Below, piece by piece: positions 37,170 to 37,292 of a stretch of 37,292 bases of DNA. The notes under the pieces are model-generated. The model did not search any database. It saw only the letters and a program-made list of their open reading frames with translations, and was not told where the DNA came from. The DNA is from Bacteroidales bacterium. GTDB lineage: Bacteria; Bacteroidota; Bacteroidia; Bacteroidales; WCHB1-69. How positions within the stretch are numbered: position 1 is the stretch's first letter; each line of letters opens with the position of its first letter. The stretch covers positions 1 through 37,292 of the forward strand of contig JAEEUY010000233.1 in assembly GCA_016290715.1 (NCBI GenBank). Direction: 5' to 3'. The position numbers were made by a program, and so were the translations under genes.

Positions 37170-37292
37170 CTATTTCTTACCTAACAATCTGAACATGTTT
37201 TTTTTGTATGCTTCAACCCCTGGTTGGTTAAATGGATTAATACGCATGAGGTAACCGCCTAAAGCACAGGTGAATTCAAAAAAATAGATTAA
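37170..37292 (-). CDS. pgi: 3' end (last 40 codons) of glucose-6-phosphate isomerase; the gene continues past the window edge.
   Basis: Hand translation of the minus strand gives [40 protein letters not shown]. This matches the conserved C-terminus ([19 protein letters not shown]) of the short bacterial Pgi type. It is in frame with the window end. Confidence 0.75.
   Translation of the reverse strand, partial: LIYFFEFTCALGGYLMRINPFNQPGVEAYKKNMFRLLGKK

Noticed and set aside
1-37292. A search for mobile elements, CRISPR arrays, tRNA/rRNA genes, toxin-antitoxin pairs or defence-type genes (nucleases, methylases, STAND/AAA+ islands).
   Set aside because: None was seen. Every ORF longer than about 200 aa is accounted for by housekeeping or envelope families. 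The only AAA+ protein is RarA. Intergenic DNA totals only about 1 kb and contains no repeat arrays or cloverleaf-like sequences.

Overview
The window looks like a chromosomal segment of a Bacteroidota genome, probably Bacteroidales-like. Supporting signs are T9SS components (a PorP/SprF-family protein and a type-A C-terminal sorting domain), an Omp28-like lipoprotein, TAnnTTTG -7 promoter boxes in nearly every intergenic gap, and Gln at +1 of every predicted signal-peptidase-I site. Coding density is very high, with about 31 CDS.

Gene content is housekeeping plus cell envelope. Housekeeping genes are uvrA, rarA, fabG, hflX, lysC, aspS, ptb and a pgi 3' end. There are four peptidases: an M3 Dcp, a C69 dipeptidase, a type II glutaminyl cyclase with an M28 fold, and an M64 peptidase. 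Envelope genes include a TonB-dependent receptor, a lytic transglycosylase, an Omp85-like barrel, an FG-GAP T9SS cargo protein, TlpA, a GH5 lipoprotein, and LysE, YitT and YihY membrane proteins.

I found no rRNA, tRNA, CRISPR, transposase, integrase or recognisable defence genes.

The items most worth a second look are:
1. rarA runs in frame, with no stop codon, into a PorP/SprF T9SS gene.
2. A tightly packed six-gene envelope operon combines a GT-C-like polytopic protein, TlpA, a large orphan OM barrel, a CxxC Omp28-like lipoprotein, YihY and GH5.
3. An extremely basic small lipoprotein sits 1 nt upstream of an FG-GAP T9SS cargo gene.
4. An unlisted 48-codon lipoprotein gene heads an operon in which a beta-rich secreted protein is TAATG-coupled to a LysE exporter.

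All functional calls come from motif and family recognition by eye. No searches were run.
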